Source: Trichoplax sp. H2
Taxonomy: Eukaryota
NCBI GenBank assembly: GCA_003344405.1
Contig: NOWV01000132.1
Coordinates: 1-64,000, forward strand
DNA length: 64,000 nt
Reading direction: 5' to 3'
Shown here: positions 23,576-38,981 of the stretch, piece after piece
Layout: each line of letters opens with the position of its first letter
Numbering within the stretch: the first letter of the stretch is position 1
Program-made: the position numbers and the translations under genes
Notes under the pieces: model-generated
Databases searched by the model: none
The model's input: only the letters and a program-made list of their open reading frames with translations
What the model was told of the DNA's origin: nothing

Positions 23576-26500
23576 ATGACATATTCATAAAATACTTAAA
23601 CCGAAAATTATTACTTAACAGATATTGGTCACGCCTGCTATGACTGTGCACGATAACGGAAGGAGAAATATCTTCATTTCGAATAGACTGGGAAGCAAGG
23701 CCAGAATTACTACTATATCAGAGGGCACGATCGATCTTAATCAAATGCTTGCAACTGAAACGAACAAAGCAAAGTCTTGTAGTCCACACTGTATTTAATA
23801 GTGCGTAATCCATAAGGCAAAACCATTAACATTTATAATAAATTTTAATTAGGAATATCGGTATTAAATTTTAATCCTAATAAATGTTCATTATTGGGAA
23901 GAGATATATTTAATATACAAGCGCAAATATTGATTGTTACCAAAATTTTTTCTCTATAGTTATACATAAATGCGATAAATGCTTTCACGAGTACAAAGTT
24001 CAAGTTCAGGTTCATTATTTAAAGCAAATTAAAAAATAGTTGTAGTGATATTAAGAATATATCTGCATTATAATGCCTATCAGATAAATACACCATTAGC
24101 AGAGCTCATTTAGTAACTATGGTATATCATGGATGAATCATTTCTTTAGAATAAATGTCAAATAATCTAAAAGTGATACACTACGCTTACCATTATCATA
24201 ATCAAATTATCCTTAAAATCTATAAATATTATATTGGATGAATTTACGTCATCAAAAGGTACCACTAATGTAGCACCGGATGTTACACCCTTGATATTCA
24301 AAGCTGCCAACTGCTTGACTTTAATCCGATTGTAAATTATTATGTTGGCTTAATAGCAATATTAATCGCAAAAAAACTCGCAATTCCGAAGTAAAATACA
24401 GATGGAGATCATAAATTCTAGCATTTAGATTATCGATAGAAGAATAATGACAGTAATAATTATTACCAGCAATCACTTTCATCCTTAAGTTTAAAAATTC
24501 AAAGCCATGCTTATAAAACAGAAATAATACAGAATTCGGTAACATTTCAGCAAATGGTAATCTTTGAATTTACTGAAACTTACAGTAATTTCTCTATCAT
24601 ACCCGTTCCTATCTCAAGTTTCAAACACTTTGAAAAACATTATTTTTAATGTATAACAAATGCAAAAATCTACTAACAAGTATTTAATGCGGATCGAACA
24701 CTTTGCTATCCCAAACAGTCATTCACTGTAGCGATTTATATTATAGGCACTTTCCGTGTGGCGGGATAACCCTAGAGCGATAGTAAAGCTAATTCTTCAT
24801 TCTATAAGAAAGTAACTACATACTTTATCTAATTGATCATATGACAAAAGCAGCAGTAAACTAGATAATAGTGTATATATATATAGTTAATAAAATTGAA
24901 ACTGTTCTATTAAGAGAAACTATTCCGTATCGCTGGAATTGCAAATCAAACTTTAGATAATTTTATCACTTAAATCTAAACTGATGCTATTAAAAAAACT
25001 GTAGAAGCAATCTTTATTCGACAACTATAGCTAGGGTAACACTACAATGCCTTAGTTAACGAAATAATCGAACACTTAAGAGCTGCCACCGAGGAATCAA
25101 TTATTATAATTTTCAGAAATTCAAGGAATACAGAATTTAAAGAAAAATTGAATAAGAATTACGATATGATATGAATATCCACGGTAATTGAATTTTGATG
25201 TATTTAGTAATAGCTTATCAGCCATATGCGTGTAAATTTATGACGAATATTTGCATATCTGTGGTTTATAGATAAAAACTACAGCACGTATATTTATTCT
25301 TGTTAAGATGAAGAGATCATGCATACTAATTGAATTTAAAAGCACTCAGTCATATTACACAACTAACTTGCAAGAAATTTTTGCTAAAGCCTACAAGCTG
25401 GACTCTTATCTTAAATTACATTAGCAAGTATATCTTCCTCGCTGGCAGAGTAGTACTGACGTTATTCAGCTCATTTCTAGAGTATCTTAGAGTAGTAACT
25501 TAGCATTTTATTTCTTAATAGAGTACGTAGAATAAAACAAACGGACACTAGATGAAAAATTCGAAAAAAGTTTCGATACACTACGGAGGGCGTAGAGCTC
25601 CATGTAAATAAATTACTAAATATAAGTAGATAGCATTTTAAGATAAAATTCAATTTTTATTAAGCGGATCTAAATCCAAAGGTTTATATCTGCAGTCAGT
25701 AGTATTATGAACTTTTAGCGGGGACAAATCTTTACACTATTGTTTGATCCTTAACTTAATATATTTAGGCTCCATATTATAAAGCCCCATGGGTATATAA
25801 CCGTATATACCTGCATTATAATAAAGGTTACATACGGAATGAGTTTCGATATTAAAAAGTACTGCAAAAATCTATAAAGTTGAAAAATATACCAATACTA
25901 TAGAAAATTTTTACCCACTAATGTCCAAATAATCACTACAACGGGTATCTAAGGATGCGCCGAGTCTAATAGAACTCTCAGACTCTATATATTTAAACGG
26001 AAGTCGATTTGGTAAATAGCACTATTTTTCGTTGATTTAGCTGGATCTTTTACGGTGATAAGTTTTTGAGCAATATTAACGACGTCGAGAATTGTATGAG
26101 TGTAGAGTTTGAGAAGTATCTCTTTGCTGAGGAATGTTCTAAGCACGTACTAAAAATATCCACTTCTATTATATTATATATTATCTCAGCCTATAATAGA
26201 GAAGTAAGCTGTATTATAAATTTAACATAATGTCATAAGGTATATTCGGTTACGGTACGTTACTTATTATTGGCGCTCTTACAAATCTGGAAACTGTTGC
26301 AAAAATATTTACTAGTATGTAGATACTAAATTGAATAAACTTGTTGGAGATGAACAGACCGATAAAATTCTTAACAAAATTATTCGATAACTTCAAGCAA
26401 TACAAATCAATATAAAACAATACATCTATGAGCAAGTTTCTTTCCGCTATGACAGTAATTTTAATAAATATCTTCCTACTCTGCTTCAGCAAAGGAATTA

Positions 26501-28520
26501 CTTATACATAAGAAAAGCTAGCCGGTTAAAAGAAGAATCACTACGTATAAAGCCTAGATACAAGCCATAATAAAAATGTGAGCTGCAATAAAGCGAATTA
26601 ATACGCAAACATACTGTTGATGCAAAGTAAATAGATTACTAAATGAAGGTTAGAATTATAAAACTACAATTTTGCGCTTAAAGGTAAGCAAACTACTTAG
26701 ATACGAAATTTATACGAAAGCTTAACAGTCAAGCGGTGCTCTTATTATTTGCTTTAAATTACCCATAGCTTTGTATGCTTTAAGGTGCTTTAAATTGTAA
26801 CCTAAAGCTACACTTTTGTAGATTTCAAAGTGTACGAATATCAATTCACGTTAGTCAGTATTAAAACCCGTATCTACACTCTCGTTTCTGTTCGTAAGCA
26901 AAACTACCAAGTATATCAGGCTAGCTACCTTCACATTGAAAGGAATTCTAGTTAAGAATCGAGAAAAGACTAATAATAGTGCATGATTATGTTCGAAGTA
27001 GTTAATAAGTTACTTTGGTGAACCTATAAAGGCTAATTTAGCGTTGGTTAAAAGGTATCTCTGTTGGTTCCCACGACACTAATTAAAGACTAATACTTTA
27101 AGTGATCAATAAATTTAGACCATTTTCGTAAAAGAAAAGAAACTACATAATTTGCATAGAAATTAATCTTAGGCATAAAAACATATTAGTACTATGAGAG
27201 CCAGTAATCTGGCTTAGCCTATTCATAAATAATGAAGTGTATACAGTATAGTATATGGCTAACAAATAAAGAAAAAATAATTGGGTATATCATAATTTTT
27301 CGTAGTAGCATTAGCAGTTAGGAATACAATCAAAGACAAACTCGAAAATATTCACTATTGTCTATCAAATGATTATATTAAATTCTGTTAGAGACAGAAT
27401 TCTAAGTTGATGATGCTATACTGATATAAATTACCTATAAGAAGCATATAGAACTAGATATAAGAAAATTTATCGTATATTCACTTCTAACATAACATTA
27501 ATTTAAGGACAACTAGAATAAAATGTAGGCTGCAGTTATTTTCACTCGCTTTACTAATGACCTATGAACTTCATCTAACGATTTGGCATGAGATTAGATA
27601 TATTTAATAACATTATAAATTAAATTTTGTTGAAAGAAATTCATAACCAGTTTGACAGATTACTTAATTAAACATAGGCCATAAATAATTAGCTTATTCC
27701 AGGAAATTTACAATTTACTAAAGCTCATTTTGTTATACAAGTTAAGTTAATAAGACGGCAATGTTACCTTATTTGCAAGATGAGCAGTAGATCAGTAATT
27801 TTAACGATCAATTAGTATTAATCATCTACTACTATTTTAGATTAGACTAAGCAAATAGACAATTGCAGTTTCTGCTTCGATTCATTGTATCATAAAACTA
27901 GATTTACGAAAAAAATTAAGCTAAAAACGAATGCTTTGAAGCGAATTAAATGTGATTATTTATAGCCAATGTCAAGATTCTTTCAATATTAATTTATCTA
28001 TTATCCGTGAAAGTAATAGAAAACTTGAGCATAGGTGTGGAGTCAATTAAGAAACTAGTTAATGATTTATATACAAAACCAACGGAATGCAATGATAAAC
28101 TAGCAGTAATTATTAACGAAGCCTAGCAATTTCTATGAAATATGCTATTGTTCTTATTTATAAATAAAAAATTATAATGTAATGTTTAATTAAAATAATT
28201 CCTTATTTACAAAGATATCATCATAAAAAAATACATTAAGAATGATTACATTCCAAATTTTATCGCCAGATGGAAAACTAATAAGAATCAATCAGACGTA
28301 TGATGATTACTTGTCCTGCTTTCTAGGTTCCACTTCGTTTATACTATTTATCGTTGTGCAAGAAGAACACAGGAAATAGAACACATTTAAAAAAATTGCT
28401 CTATATTCACGACCGGTAAAAATACAAGGGAGAATTAACGAAAGCGCCATTTCGGGACGTTTTAGCAAGTAAAATTTCTGTTAAAACACAAGAAAATTTA
28501 TTTAACTTTCATTGCAAGAA

Positions 28521-29525
28521 ATGAATTATTCTGGAAACTCAAGCGCTAGAGATAATTCTTCAATGGTGCCATTCAATCGTAACTTTCTGTCTGCCACAAT
28601 AAGTGCTCCAACTCTACTGACAAATGTACCATTGATTATATTAATTTTATCCAAATCGAAATTGAGAACTTATTCAAATGTACTTATTGCAAGCAGTTGT
28701 CTAGCAAGCGCATTCTATAGTTTAATGCTAATTTTACGTTATATCCTATCTTGTACAGTATCAGGCAAATTTCTTCCTTTGTTGTTTGAATACTGCATTT
28801 TTGGTCCTATATTTGAAATCACATGTGCTAGTATCTTCAACTTTCACATAACTATAATAAGTTTAGAAAAACTTTATTCTGTTGTTTATCCATTTCGATA
28901 TCAACGCATTTCCAATTCAAAGACTATAACATTGATAATAATTTTAGCATGGTTATTACCATTTGCAATTGTCTATATACCGACATTCATGGCCTCTTAT
29001 AACTCAACAATGTTATGCAGAAGCTTATATAGATCAAAAACATTGGTTATACTACTCAATTACATAATTTTACCAGCAGTTTTATTTATACCTCCACTGA
29101 TTATGCTAGTAACTTACACAGTCCTAATTATTAAAATTTATTCTATTCAAAGCAAAATATGGACTGAAATTATCAATATAAGCGGTAATCTACAAACAGA
29201 AACAGAATCAAAAATTATTCAGAGATTAATGTGGCATCGAAAGCCGATTACTCAAATGTTTATAGTGTTAGGAATCTATTCCATCTCGTTTTTCCCTTTC
29301 TTCTTCTTCTATGTTAATTTAACATCAAGTCGAAGTCAATCTTGGGTACTTCCGACGTATATAACGTATCTATTCGCGATAGCCTATTTCATATCACATC
29401 CAATATTAACAATAATGTTCAATAATTCATTAAAGGTAGAAAGCCAGAAAATTTTAAAGCTTTGCCATTACCGTATAACAAAAGTAGAACAAATGTCAAC
29501 GAAGCTGTCGGTCAATGGAGTTTGA
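28521..29525 (+). CDS. Orphan rhodopsin-like 7TM GPCR, paralog 3 (334 aa from the first ATG)
   Basis: The ORF track starts at TTG 28512; the first ATG is at 28521 (MNYSGNSS...). Motifs PFNR, LRTYSN, LEKLYSVVYPFRYQR, HRKPITQM, YSISFFPF, HPIL. Confidence 0.93.
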   Translation: MNYSGNSSARDNSSMVPFNRNFLSATISAPTLLTNVPLIILILSKSKLRTYSNVLIASSCLASAFYSLMLILRYILSCTVSGKFLPLLFEYCIFGPIFEITCASIFNFHITIISLEKLYSVVYPFRYQRISNSKTITLIIILAWLLPFAIVYIPTFMASYNSTMLCRSLYRSKTLVILLNYIILPAVLFIPPLIMLVTYTVLIIKIYSIQSKIWTEIINISGNLQTETESKIIQRLMWHRKPITQMFIVLGIYSISFFPFFFFYVNLTSSRSQSWVLPTYITYLFAIAYFISHPILTIMFNNSLKVESQKILKLCHYRITKVEQMSTKLSVNGV

Positions 29526-30070
29526 TAAAATAAGATCTAGGGAATTTAACTCATAATTCAATTTCGGTAGATATCACGCACTCTATAGATTGTACGCATT
29601 CACTAAAATTTTAAAATAAACTGTTTTATAGCTGCCTTATCCAAAATTAGAAACGAAACATAAGGATAAAAATAAGACCTTTCATTAAAGCTTATTTTAT
29701 TTACTTGTTCGTAGTAATTAATTCAGAAATTGATTAGTAGTCAGGAGATATTAAGAAGAATCATCTCTAATCTGTCTGGGGACTTTGATAAATATATTAT
29801 TGCAATTCAATTTGATATATTTTTCATTTCTGAATATATTTAATTATCTAAAACTTGCAGATAGATACTCAATTTAATATGTATCTATGCACTAAACTTT
29901 TATCCATTAGAAATGTACCGTAGGCTATTATTATATTAAGCTGTTAATGTAAGACTGTCTCTACGACTTATTGATGTTGCATTTGATAATATTTTCATAC
30001 ACTGTATACTTCCGTTTGTATAACCATATATTTATATAGGCTGTTACATTGCAAATAAGTAAGGTTAGTT

Positions 30071-31113
30071 TGTTACGCAATATTTATTGTCATCGAGCTT
30101 AAGATCATTATTCAGTATAAATACATTGCATAATCGTTGTTTAGCTGGCAGCTTGTCGTTAGGGTCATACATTGTATAACTAATTCATTTTTCAGCAAGG
30201 ACAAATGAATTAGTTAGATAACGAATTAATAAGGGAGTGTTACGGTGTTGCCTTGTCATTAGGATAGTTTAATAAGTACAGTAGCAGCTAGTATGGAGAA
30301 TATCCATTTTTGTAGTGCTAGGTAAGATAATTAATGCCTTGACGTGGATGTTGTTTGTTATAGCTCATTACATATTTGATATTTATTGTTATTGTGTGAT
30401 AGATAGCAGTAAGATGATTCAAGTTCTAGTTGATGATAGTTGAATCAGACAACCTACGAGCTTAGATTAAGATTAAGTATGAGTAAGATATTCAAAATAT
30501 TTACTGATATAAAGCTATGTAAGGAACATCTCAGTTCGAGATGTTTCTCCTAGTGAGGTATAACAATAATACTGTTGTTGTTTACAACTTAGATGGTTCC
30601 TATATAAACGGGAACATTTAAGCTCAGTAGTGGTAAAAATTTGTAGGTGTATCTTTGCGAATAAAAGTTTCATCTTTACAGTCTTTTACTGTGTGTTTAA
30701 CGTTAAGTAAAAGGGCGTTTAAGTCAGTTGCTTCTTATAGACTTTTACTGTACGTTACCTTGTCGCAGAAGTGAAATTGTGATAGGGAGCATAAAGGTTA
30801 GATCGTTTTCTAATCAAGACTGTCTCGTGAACAATGTATATACTCTAACCTATTTTAAAGTAGAGCATAAAGTTTTACAAATTTGCATCCAAGAATGTAG
30901 CTGTATACGAATATGTACAGAAGGCATAAAAGCTAATTAGTGTTTACTGTAAAGAGAGTTCATTAGCTTATCCTTTGTGCGTAAGGAAGGGTCTACGTCG
31001 TTTCTGACGCGAAATTTTGGGAAGAAGTTTATAGTTTTCACGGAGAACTGATCTTGAAAATTGGTTCGAGATAGAAAAAGACCCAGTAATATCTTCGGTA
31101 TATCTTTGCGACA
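30071..31113 (+). mobile_element. Possible solo-LTR-like element, family J, host of B
   Basis: TGTTAC start candidate, CATAAAAG ~30926, end TTTGCGACA; no clean TSD and no second copy. Confidence 0.35.
30238..30784 (+). mobile_element. Solo-LTR-like element, family B
   Basis: TGTTACGG...TTGTGATA, perfect TSD GGGAG, TATATAAA 30601, AATAAA 30660; homolog at 5037-5590. Confidence 0.9.
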
Positions 31114-34100
31114 AGTATGTATATATATGTTATGTTATGTTATATATATATATATTGGTCGCAGTATTATTGAAGTTGTAGGGACAGAAGTAGACTTAAT
31201 TATTAGGATGTTTTGACGTATTTAAGAAGATAAATTTTAGCTTACAGTAACATTAAAAGATAGGTTACAAAACACTTTAGATAAGGCTTATTTTACTTAT
31301 TAAAATCCTAGTACTTGTATGGCCAGCTTGAAGATAATGAAATACAAAATGCTTTTTTAACCTTTAAGTACAGCAAAAATGCTATTTTTATCTTCGTAAA
31401 ATTTCTAGCCTGTAATAATTGTAAATAAGTACGGTATTAAAGAATCATGATCAGCCTACATCTTGGCAATCTTTAAATCAGATGCTCGTTCTCGGAGTAG
31501 ATATATATTCTAGCAAATAAATTTAATGTATCTAATCATTGGATTGTAGATTATTAGCCATATCTAGCTTGTTGTTCTTACAGGCTGCAAATAATATCGT
31601 ATGAAGATCCTGTACTTAGATATCGAGGGCTAAAAATAGAATGTTGCTGAATTATTATTAATGGTTAATGTAGAGAGAATATATATCCCTAGTCATAGTA
31701 GCTTGTCGTACTGAAGTAGTAAATTATAATATTTACGGAGCACGATAGCTATGAATTTATTTTGTTGCAACTTGTCCGCTAAAATATATTTTACTAATTA
31801 CAATTCAGTACTGCTTGATAAACGAAGACAGTACAGCATGTTGCTCATTTGAAAATAGCCATAGAGTCTGCAAAGAATGCATATAATCGAGCAACTTCGA
31901 ATGATTTAGCAATTCTTTCTAGTGTCATTCTAGTCCTATTAGGCCAGATTCTATGTAGATCTACCTAGCAATATCTTTGTATAAACATTTAATAAATTTC
32001 TGATTTTCTATCAACATTGGAAATTTGCGATATATTTCACTCCAGTCAATTTGTAGTCACTCTAAACTAATAACTTGGCTTCGCCTAACGTAAATTAGCA
32101 AAAAGAAATAGACTTTAATCTTTTATAGTTTAAACATTGAACATTCTCAAAACATATTATTCCAGCTTGTAGAATAGCTTCTAACTGTGAATATTGTCTT
32201 AGAGCACGCTCTTGGATTAATTTAAAAGCAGCCAGTATTTATAATGGTAGTATTTATCACCGATAACGGTCATAAACTATTCAAAGTCATTTAGAATAAT
32301 AAATGAGCAGTCACAGTTCGTCTATTAATTTATTTGATGCAGAGACAACAAGCAAACTAAAAATACCTAACCGCTTTCATTGCTTAATAGTATTCCATCA
32401 TGCTTATCCAGCATGAATCTGTAGGATAGCTTATAGCCTGTATTTCTTGAACTTTAGTAAAGTTGATATTTACAGTCTGCTTATGTCTATATTCGAATCT
32501 AGTTCCAACATTTCTATTACATTAAAATAAGTATTTCTATATATAAACCCAATCAGATCTGTAGTAAAATATTGGATCACTGCAATAAATCTTATAATAG
32601 TTGCACATACGCTGATATATCCCTAACAATTTAATATGCTAAACGAACATTTTTTCTAAGCAAGTAGTGACATCTCAAATAATATGTCGCGAAAGTAATC
32701 TTCGAGACGTATACTTTATTTCTGTTACCTTCTATATATGTTTATATGTCAGAAATGTTTTACGGTCTCCTTAATTGTAATTTTAGTGGTTAACAGTTGA
32801 TATCCTTAATTTAGGATTACATAGACTAAAATAGTTATTGCCAACCAGCTAAACTCGATTATATCTATCACCTCCAAGTTGTTGAGGTTCAAAGTACAAT
32901 TCCTAAGTTTAGAGGAAATACCTTAGTAGGATAGCTTTGTATGTATCTGTTAAACTATCAATAAGTACTGATTATTTTAATACCGTTACAGTAAATTTAA
33001 TAGGGCTAGACTGTACAAATACAACCTGTATTATACATTTTAAGTATAATAAAAAATGTAATAAATAAATTTATTCCTGACGTCATATTTACTAGTCATG
33101 ATGAATAGCTTAGCAATATTACTGCATTTTAAAGAGATTTCTCAAAGCCTACTCAGAAATTTTTACTAGGTTTTTAAAGTGAATAAACATTCCTGCCACT
33201 GTATTTAATTACTGAAGGCCATAGATTTACTTTAGTTATCACCAATAACAGGAATATTTATGACTAATAACAGATACTAAGGTCTATACATATATCATAT
33301 ACCAGTTACAATAGTCATGTAATAGGACGAGTCTGCACCAAATTCTTATGATGTTATTTTTTCTCGTCTACAGGCCAGTAACATTTTAAATAAATTGGTG
33401 ACTAATAGAATGTATTATTAATGCACTGTAACAGATTAACTAGGATCTGAAAAAAATATTTACCGGAAGGGTAATTTTAAGAGCTATTGTTTTAACTTTA
33501 TCTTATTTATATCATCATCTATTATCTCTGCTATCCTAGTACATCCAATGTCTAACGTGATCCATAAGAGTCTTCGTTTAATGTATAATAGTACGTATAA
33601 ATTAATTTGATGGTAAAATATTTTATTCATGAAATTATAGAGCAAAATAATTGTTCCCACCAATGCAAAGACCTTAAAAGGTTTTCAAAAGTGAAAAATT
33701 TTGCTTAAACAGTTGATACTAGTCATTATGGCTTCATAAGCGTTTACGATGGAGCTACTTCTCAAGGATATGAATTAATGATTCTACGTAAATATCACAC
33801 TGAATAATTATTACTCATATCAAATTACTCATTCACTACCAGTTATTTAGAAATTCAATAAATAAAGTAAATTGAATTAATCTTAAAACAAATTATGGAA
33901 AATTGTGTACCTAGCGTCTATCACCACGAGGCATAAGTAAATTATACATGAGAATTTCCTTTTCAATCAAAATAATATATCCGATACATTCACAATAAGA
34001 CGGCCTAGTCGATTTTCATGAATTATAAATAATCAATTATAAAACAAGCAGCAAAACGAATTTTAGTGAATTTTATGCGAGAATATAGTATCTTATGATT

Positions 34101-36356
34101 TCAAAAGAACCTTGTATGGTAAAGAAGCTCTAGATCATGTTATTATTACCACTATTTACCTGATTTCGCTTTCTAGAATTCTAAGCATTTAAATAGATTT
34201 TAACTTTGAAGAGTATTAGAATCTGATTTATCCTGAAAAGAAGATAGCTCAATAATGTCATATTCTGTAAAGACGATTTTTTACTTCAGTTGGTTATGAA
34301 AAATATTATTTCGATATATATTTTAATCATTAGTATTTTATTACAATCTTTGCGTTATAACACTTTAAGGCCTTGAACAAGGTCTATTCCTCGTATTACT
34401 GTATTAGCAGTGTATCTCAAATATACGCTTATGCAATTTATTCAGGTATTTTGTTAATAAAAAAATACCGTAAGTGTTCAAATCAAAATTTAAAACCTCG
34501 AGTTCTTAAAGCCATAAATCAAGACTGCTCTCAATAACAGATTTGATTGTAGAGATTAGTTTAACCTATATACGGTAATGCAAGAGCTAATTACAACATT
34601 GAACTGTACCATTAACAATTATATTAAAGCTCGTTTAAACTACGAACGACAGCATCAAATGAGAGTTTTCAGTGGATAAATGCAAATCCGATCTCATTGA
34701 CATTCAACTACATTAAATGAGTTCTTGTTTTCTAGAATCAAAAAGCAGATTATCGATAATTTAAACTGCAGTATTTTCACGGTACTAAATTACCGTGAGC
34801 AATTATTTTACGTAAATTTGCTATCTAGGTTCTTATGCTATTCTATTACTGTGCTAAATGTAGTGCAAATACATGCAGTAGGAGCAGGTCGGTCATATCA
34901 ATGCTTATCGTTCATTTTATAAAGCTGTAACCTTAACTAGATATATATTATTCTATTAACTTGGTATTCCCTAAACATAGTGGTAAATTCCCGAATATTG
35001 ATGTTGAAAACTGGATTAGCAGATACTATAGTTATCTGCAGATGTATAATAGAACTGAATGATAAACTTATATGTAAATTTCGGAGGTTCTAGACTAAAA
35101 TCTTGTACTAAATGTAAGTAAGAAGTAGGATAATTGGAGATATTTCCCATATTAATTCTGTATTTAACAGGACTAGACTAGAGTTTAGAGAAATCCTTAA
35201 TGGAACATTTTGGGTGAAATACCACCTAATATGATTATATTGTAGGCTTACCCTCGAGGCTTTGATTACAGTAGTGAAATCAGTTATACGTTTACGTTTA
35301 AAATAGCTATTAAAACACTTACTAATTCGGTTAATAAATTTAATTTTGAATTTCGTTTTAAGCTGAAGATTTAACTTATTGTCTAGACCAGCCGATCAGG
35401 GTTCCGACTACTTGAGATATTTCCAGCAAAAGTAGATCGCCTAGTGACATTGTAGTATATACTAATTTTAATTAGTTGCTAGTGACAATAAAAGAGTTGA
35501 AATTACTTTCTCAACCCGTATAACAGGATAATAGATCACAATGTCTGTTTCGGCTTTAATATTAAATTGCGAGTGAATTTAATTAATCCTACGAACCAAA
35601 AGCGTTTCCGGATCGAAAGGATAACTGTTCCAGCTGTTCAATGCAAAATAGTTTACTTATTTGCTGATAATTAAATTAAGATCAGCCGCAATTTAGTTGG
35701 ATCAGGGTACTTTTAATAATTATGAGCCCGCCAATTATTTATAACAGGTATAATAGATACTGCTTAGCAGAATAAAAATTTAGTAAGAAATCGGTAAGAC
35801 AAGGAAATCTTCTGAGTCTAAAGTTCTGGCAGCTAATCTAAAGTAAATTCTAACTGCTTATAATTCATTCTTACCTTACCGATTCTGACGGCATATACAC
35901 GTATCTACGTTCTTTAGCCTTTGATAATAATCTTGCCAGTGTTATATTAATCATGTAGTTTAAATTTTATATGGGCACTTCTCATACTCTCTCTTAGATC
36001 TATAAGTCTGGCTGGATTATTTTCGGGATAAGTTATAGTAAATAGATGAAACTGCCCATTAATGTATACTACTGTAAAATCTGCTGTGTGTACAGATATT
36101 CCGTTTAAATTTCTTCTTGGTAAAGCTAAAGTATAGACTTTTTAATTGCTAGTTTATTCAACAAATTTTTCATTGCATGTGAGAATTTTGATTTACTATT
36201 TGCACATTGAAAAAAAATAACAAAAAATCCTGGAACGACTTTTTATAATAGGTTTCAGCCAAAATTTTAGGCAAAAGTAACTGATATGCTATGATATTAC
36301 TGAAGTCTACAGAAACAAACTAAGACGCAATAACAGAATAAACACGATTTCAGTGT

Positions 36357-37617
36357 TGTGATAGTGTTACATACTGTATTAGAGTAGAAATATCTATGTT
36401 AGGATAATTCTGTTAGCCTTTCCTTATTTAGTTAACTTCTAATTAGGATATACTGTGTTTTAATATAGCATTGACTTTTTATGACACTTATACGCATACT
36501 GAATTAATAGTTATAATAGGGAATGCAAATTATCTACTTACAGTTCGAATCATTGTGATTATAACTTACTTATGGTAGATTGTAAATTATCGTGGAAATG
36601 TTCCGTGATAGGACATATCGTAATCTGACTATTCTGTATTAGTCATCAGATGTCTATGTTCGTAAATACTGTTGTCTGCATTAAGGGAGCAATAGCTATA
36701 ATTAATATCTAATTCAGTAAATGATTCCAAAGTTAATCGTACTAACTATGACTCATGAACTATTGAGAAAGAGTATATAAATGCAGTTGTTACAGTGTTA
36801 AATACTGTATTACAGTAGAAATAACTATGTTAGGATAATTCTGTTAGACTATCCTTATTTAGTTAACTTCTAATTTGGATATACTGTATTTTAATATAGC
36901 ACTGACTTTTTATGACAGTGACACTTATACACATACTGAAATTATAATAGTTATAATAGGGAATGCATATCATCTGCTTACAGTTCGAATCATTGTGATT
37001 GTAATTTACTTATGATAGACTGTAAATTATCATGGAAATGTTCCGTGATAGGACATATCGTAATCTGACTATTCTGTATTAGTTATTACATGTCTATGTT
37101 CGTAAATACTGTTGTCTGCATTAAGAGAGCAGTAGCTAAAATTAATATCTAATTCAGTAAATGATTCTAATGTTAATTGTATTAACTATGACTCATGAAC
37201 TATTGAGGAATAGTATATAAATGCAGTATATCGTGAAATAAAGAAGAATTGTCCAACTTAGTGTTTAACGTAAAATACGAGGCGTTTAAGTCTTTGTGTA
37301 GTCTGCTAGTAGAGCAAAAGTGCTCGTGATAGTGCAGATATCGTTCCTTGATACGTAGTTCAAGGAATTGACTTATTGATCGTAGATTACGTTATCTTGT
37401 TGCAAAGCTGTTTTGTGACAGCAGTATATCGTGTAATAAAGAGGATTCTCAAACTTAGTGTTCGATGTAAAATACGAGGCGTCTAAGTCTTTGTGTAGTC
37501 TGCTAGTAGAGCAAAAGTGTTTATGATAGTGCAGATATCGTTCCTTGATACGTGGTACAAGGAATTGACTTATTGATCGTACGTTACATTATCTTGTTGT
37601 AAAGCAGTTTTGTGACA
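36357..37617 (+). mobile_element. Solo-LTR-like element, family A, outer copy (36357-36787 + 37426-37617 = 623 bp)
   Basis: After removing the nested copy it matches the reverse complement of 40181-40803 with 3 differences by eye; flanks AGTGT/AACCG do not match each other. Confidence 0.92.
36788..37420 (+). mobile_element. Solo-LTR-like element, family A, nested inside another family A copy
   Basis: TGTTACAGTG...TTTTGTGACA with perfect TSD GCAGT (36783-87, 37421-25). Confidence 0.92.
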
Positions 37618-38981
37618 AACCGTTTCAGCCAATTACAGTAACTGTATGCATTTAATATTGTAATCTCAACTGTGGCTGTTACTATCAAACTTACTGTTAC
37701 GGTTGCGCTATAATTAATCAACTTGAACGTGATATAAGAGTAAAATGAGAAAATCGTTTACTTTAGATTATCTTTAATTCCTGCTTGTTAAGAAATATAA
37801 TAAATATTGAAATTAGCAGTATTTAAAATATGCAAAGCAGAAATGACCGCAAGATCTCTTTTAATGGAAATACGGCTGGTAATTGTTGTTATATAACGTA
37901 ATTAGTAACCTATTAATTTTCAGTTACTATGCTTCAAAATTGTTGAAAAAAGAACAGAAAATTAAAATTTTAAATGATTGGATCATATTAAATTACCGGT
38001 AAAGCTGGATATAATGCGATTTCTAAAACACTAGTAACAATTAGTACTGTCATTACAATGTATTATTGATTCTAAGATAATTTGAAAATATGTTTAATTT
38101 CTGCTTTGACCTAGTAAGTTTCAAAGTTGAACATTTTTCATTTCATCATCTCTTACTGTAATAAAGGCAGCTGGATAGAGGTGAGCAAATCAGATTTTCT
38201 TGATAGGCATGTGGATAAATGAATTTGATTCAATAAAGGCGTATTCTAATCACTGCAAGTAAAATAAGCTAGAAGGTGCATGACAACTTCATCCCGACTT
38301 GGGTACTCGATATTGAAACTGCTATTACTTTCAACATAGTATAGATCTTCGCAAATATTTAGGATTTGCTATACAGAGCAGCGTAATTTTACGTTTTTAT
38401 TGTTCATTCCACCTTATAAATTTGTCATGATCATTAATGTATATTATTTTATGCATAATTTATAGTTTTGACGACTAGTCACGATCAAGTTTGCGAAACA
38501 AAGAGTGACCTTTATCAATCTAATAAATCTGCATTATAGCCTGCTGTTAATTAGAACCGCATTTTTAATGCTGGTATTTTGGCACTGCACTCACTTTAGT
38601 GCTCTTTCAAACAAACTTTCTGATAATTATGTTCTGTATAACTCTACCTTAGCAGGCTAAAACTATATCTATTTTTAATTAATGAATGCAATCCCTTTAC
38701 CCTTTACGTATAGAGAGACTTCCCTTTATATGATTATTAAATAAGTAGCTTTCTGAAAGAAAGCAGCAACAATAACACTTCCGTAAGATTCTGAAGTATA
38801 AGACATTAGCTGCTTTCGAAATTAGTATCATCTTCGGTCAACGTATTGCAAAAGTAATTACTGTATACGCGTATAGACAACGAAAGTATCATAACATCTA
38901 ATTGTTTGATCTATTTTAAATTATACTCTTTATTCCGGAAATAAATGATGTAGGAACTTTAATCACTACCAAAAATAGTAC

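Noticed and set aside
26049-26283. Possible short TG..CA element (flanks GATCT/AATCT)
   Set aside because: The 5' terminus is not TG, there is no second copy and no clear TATA/AATAAA.
30728-30940. 70-aa ORF
   Set aside because: TTG start and crosses the 3' boundary of the family B element; no recognisable domain.
31117-31155. (TA)n/(TTATG)n tract
   Set aside because: Ordinary microsatellite.
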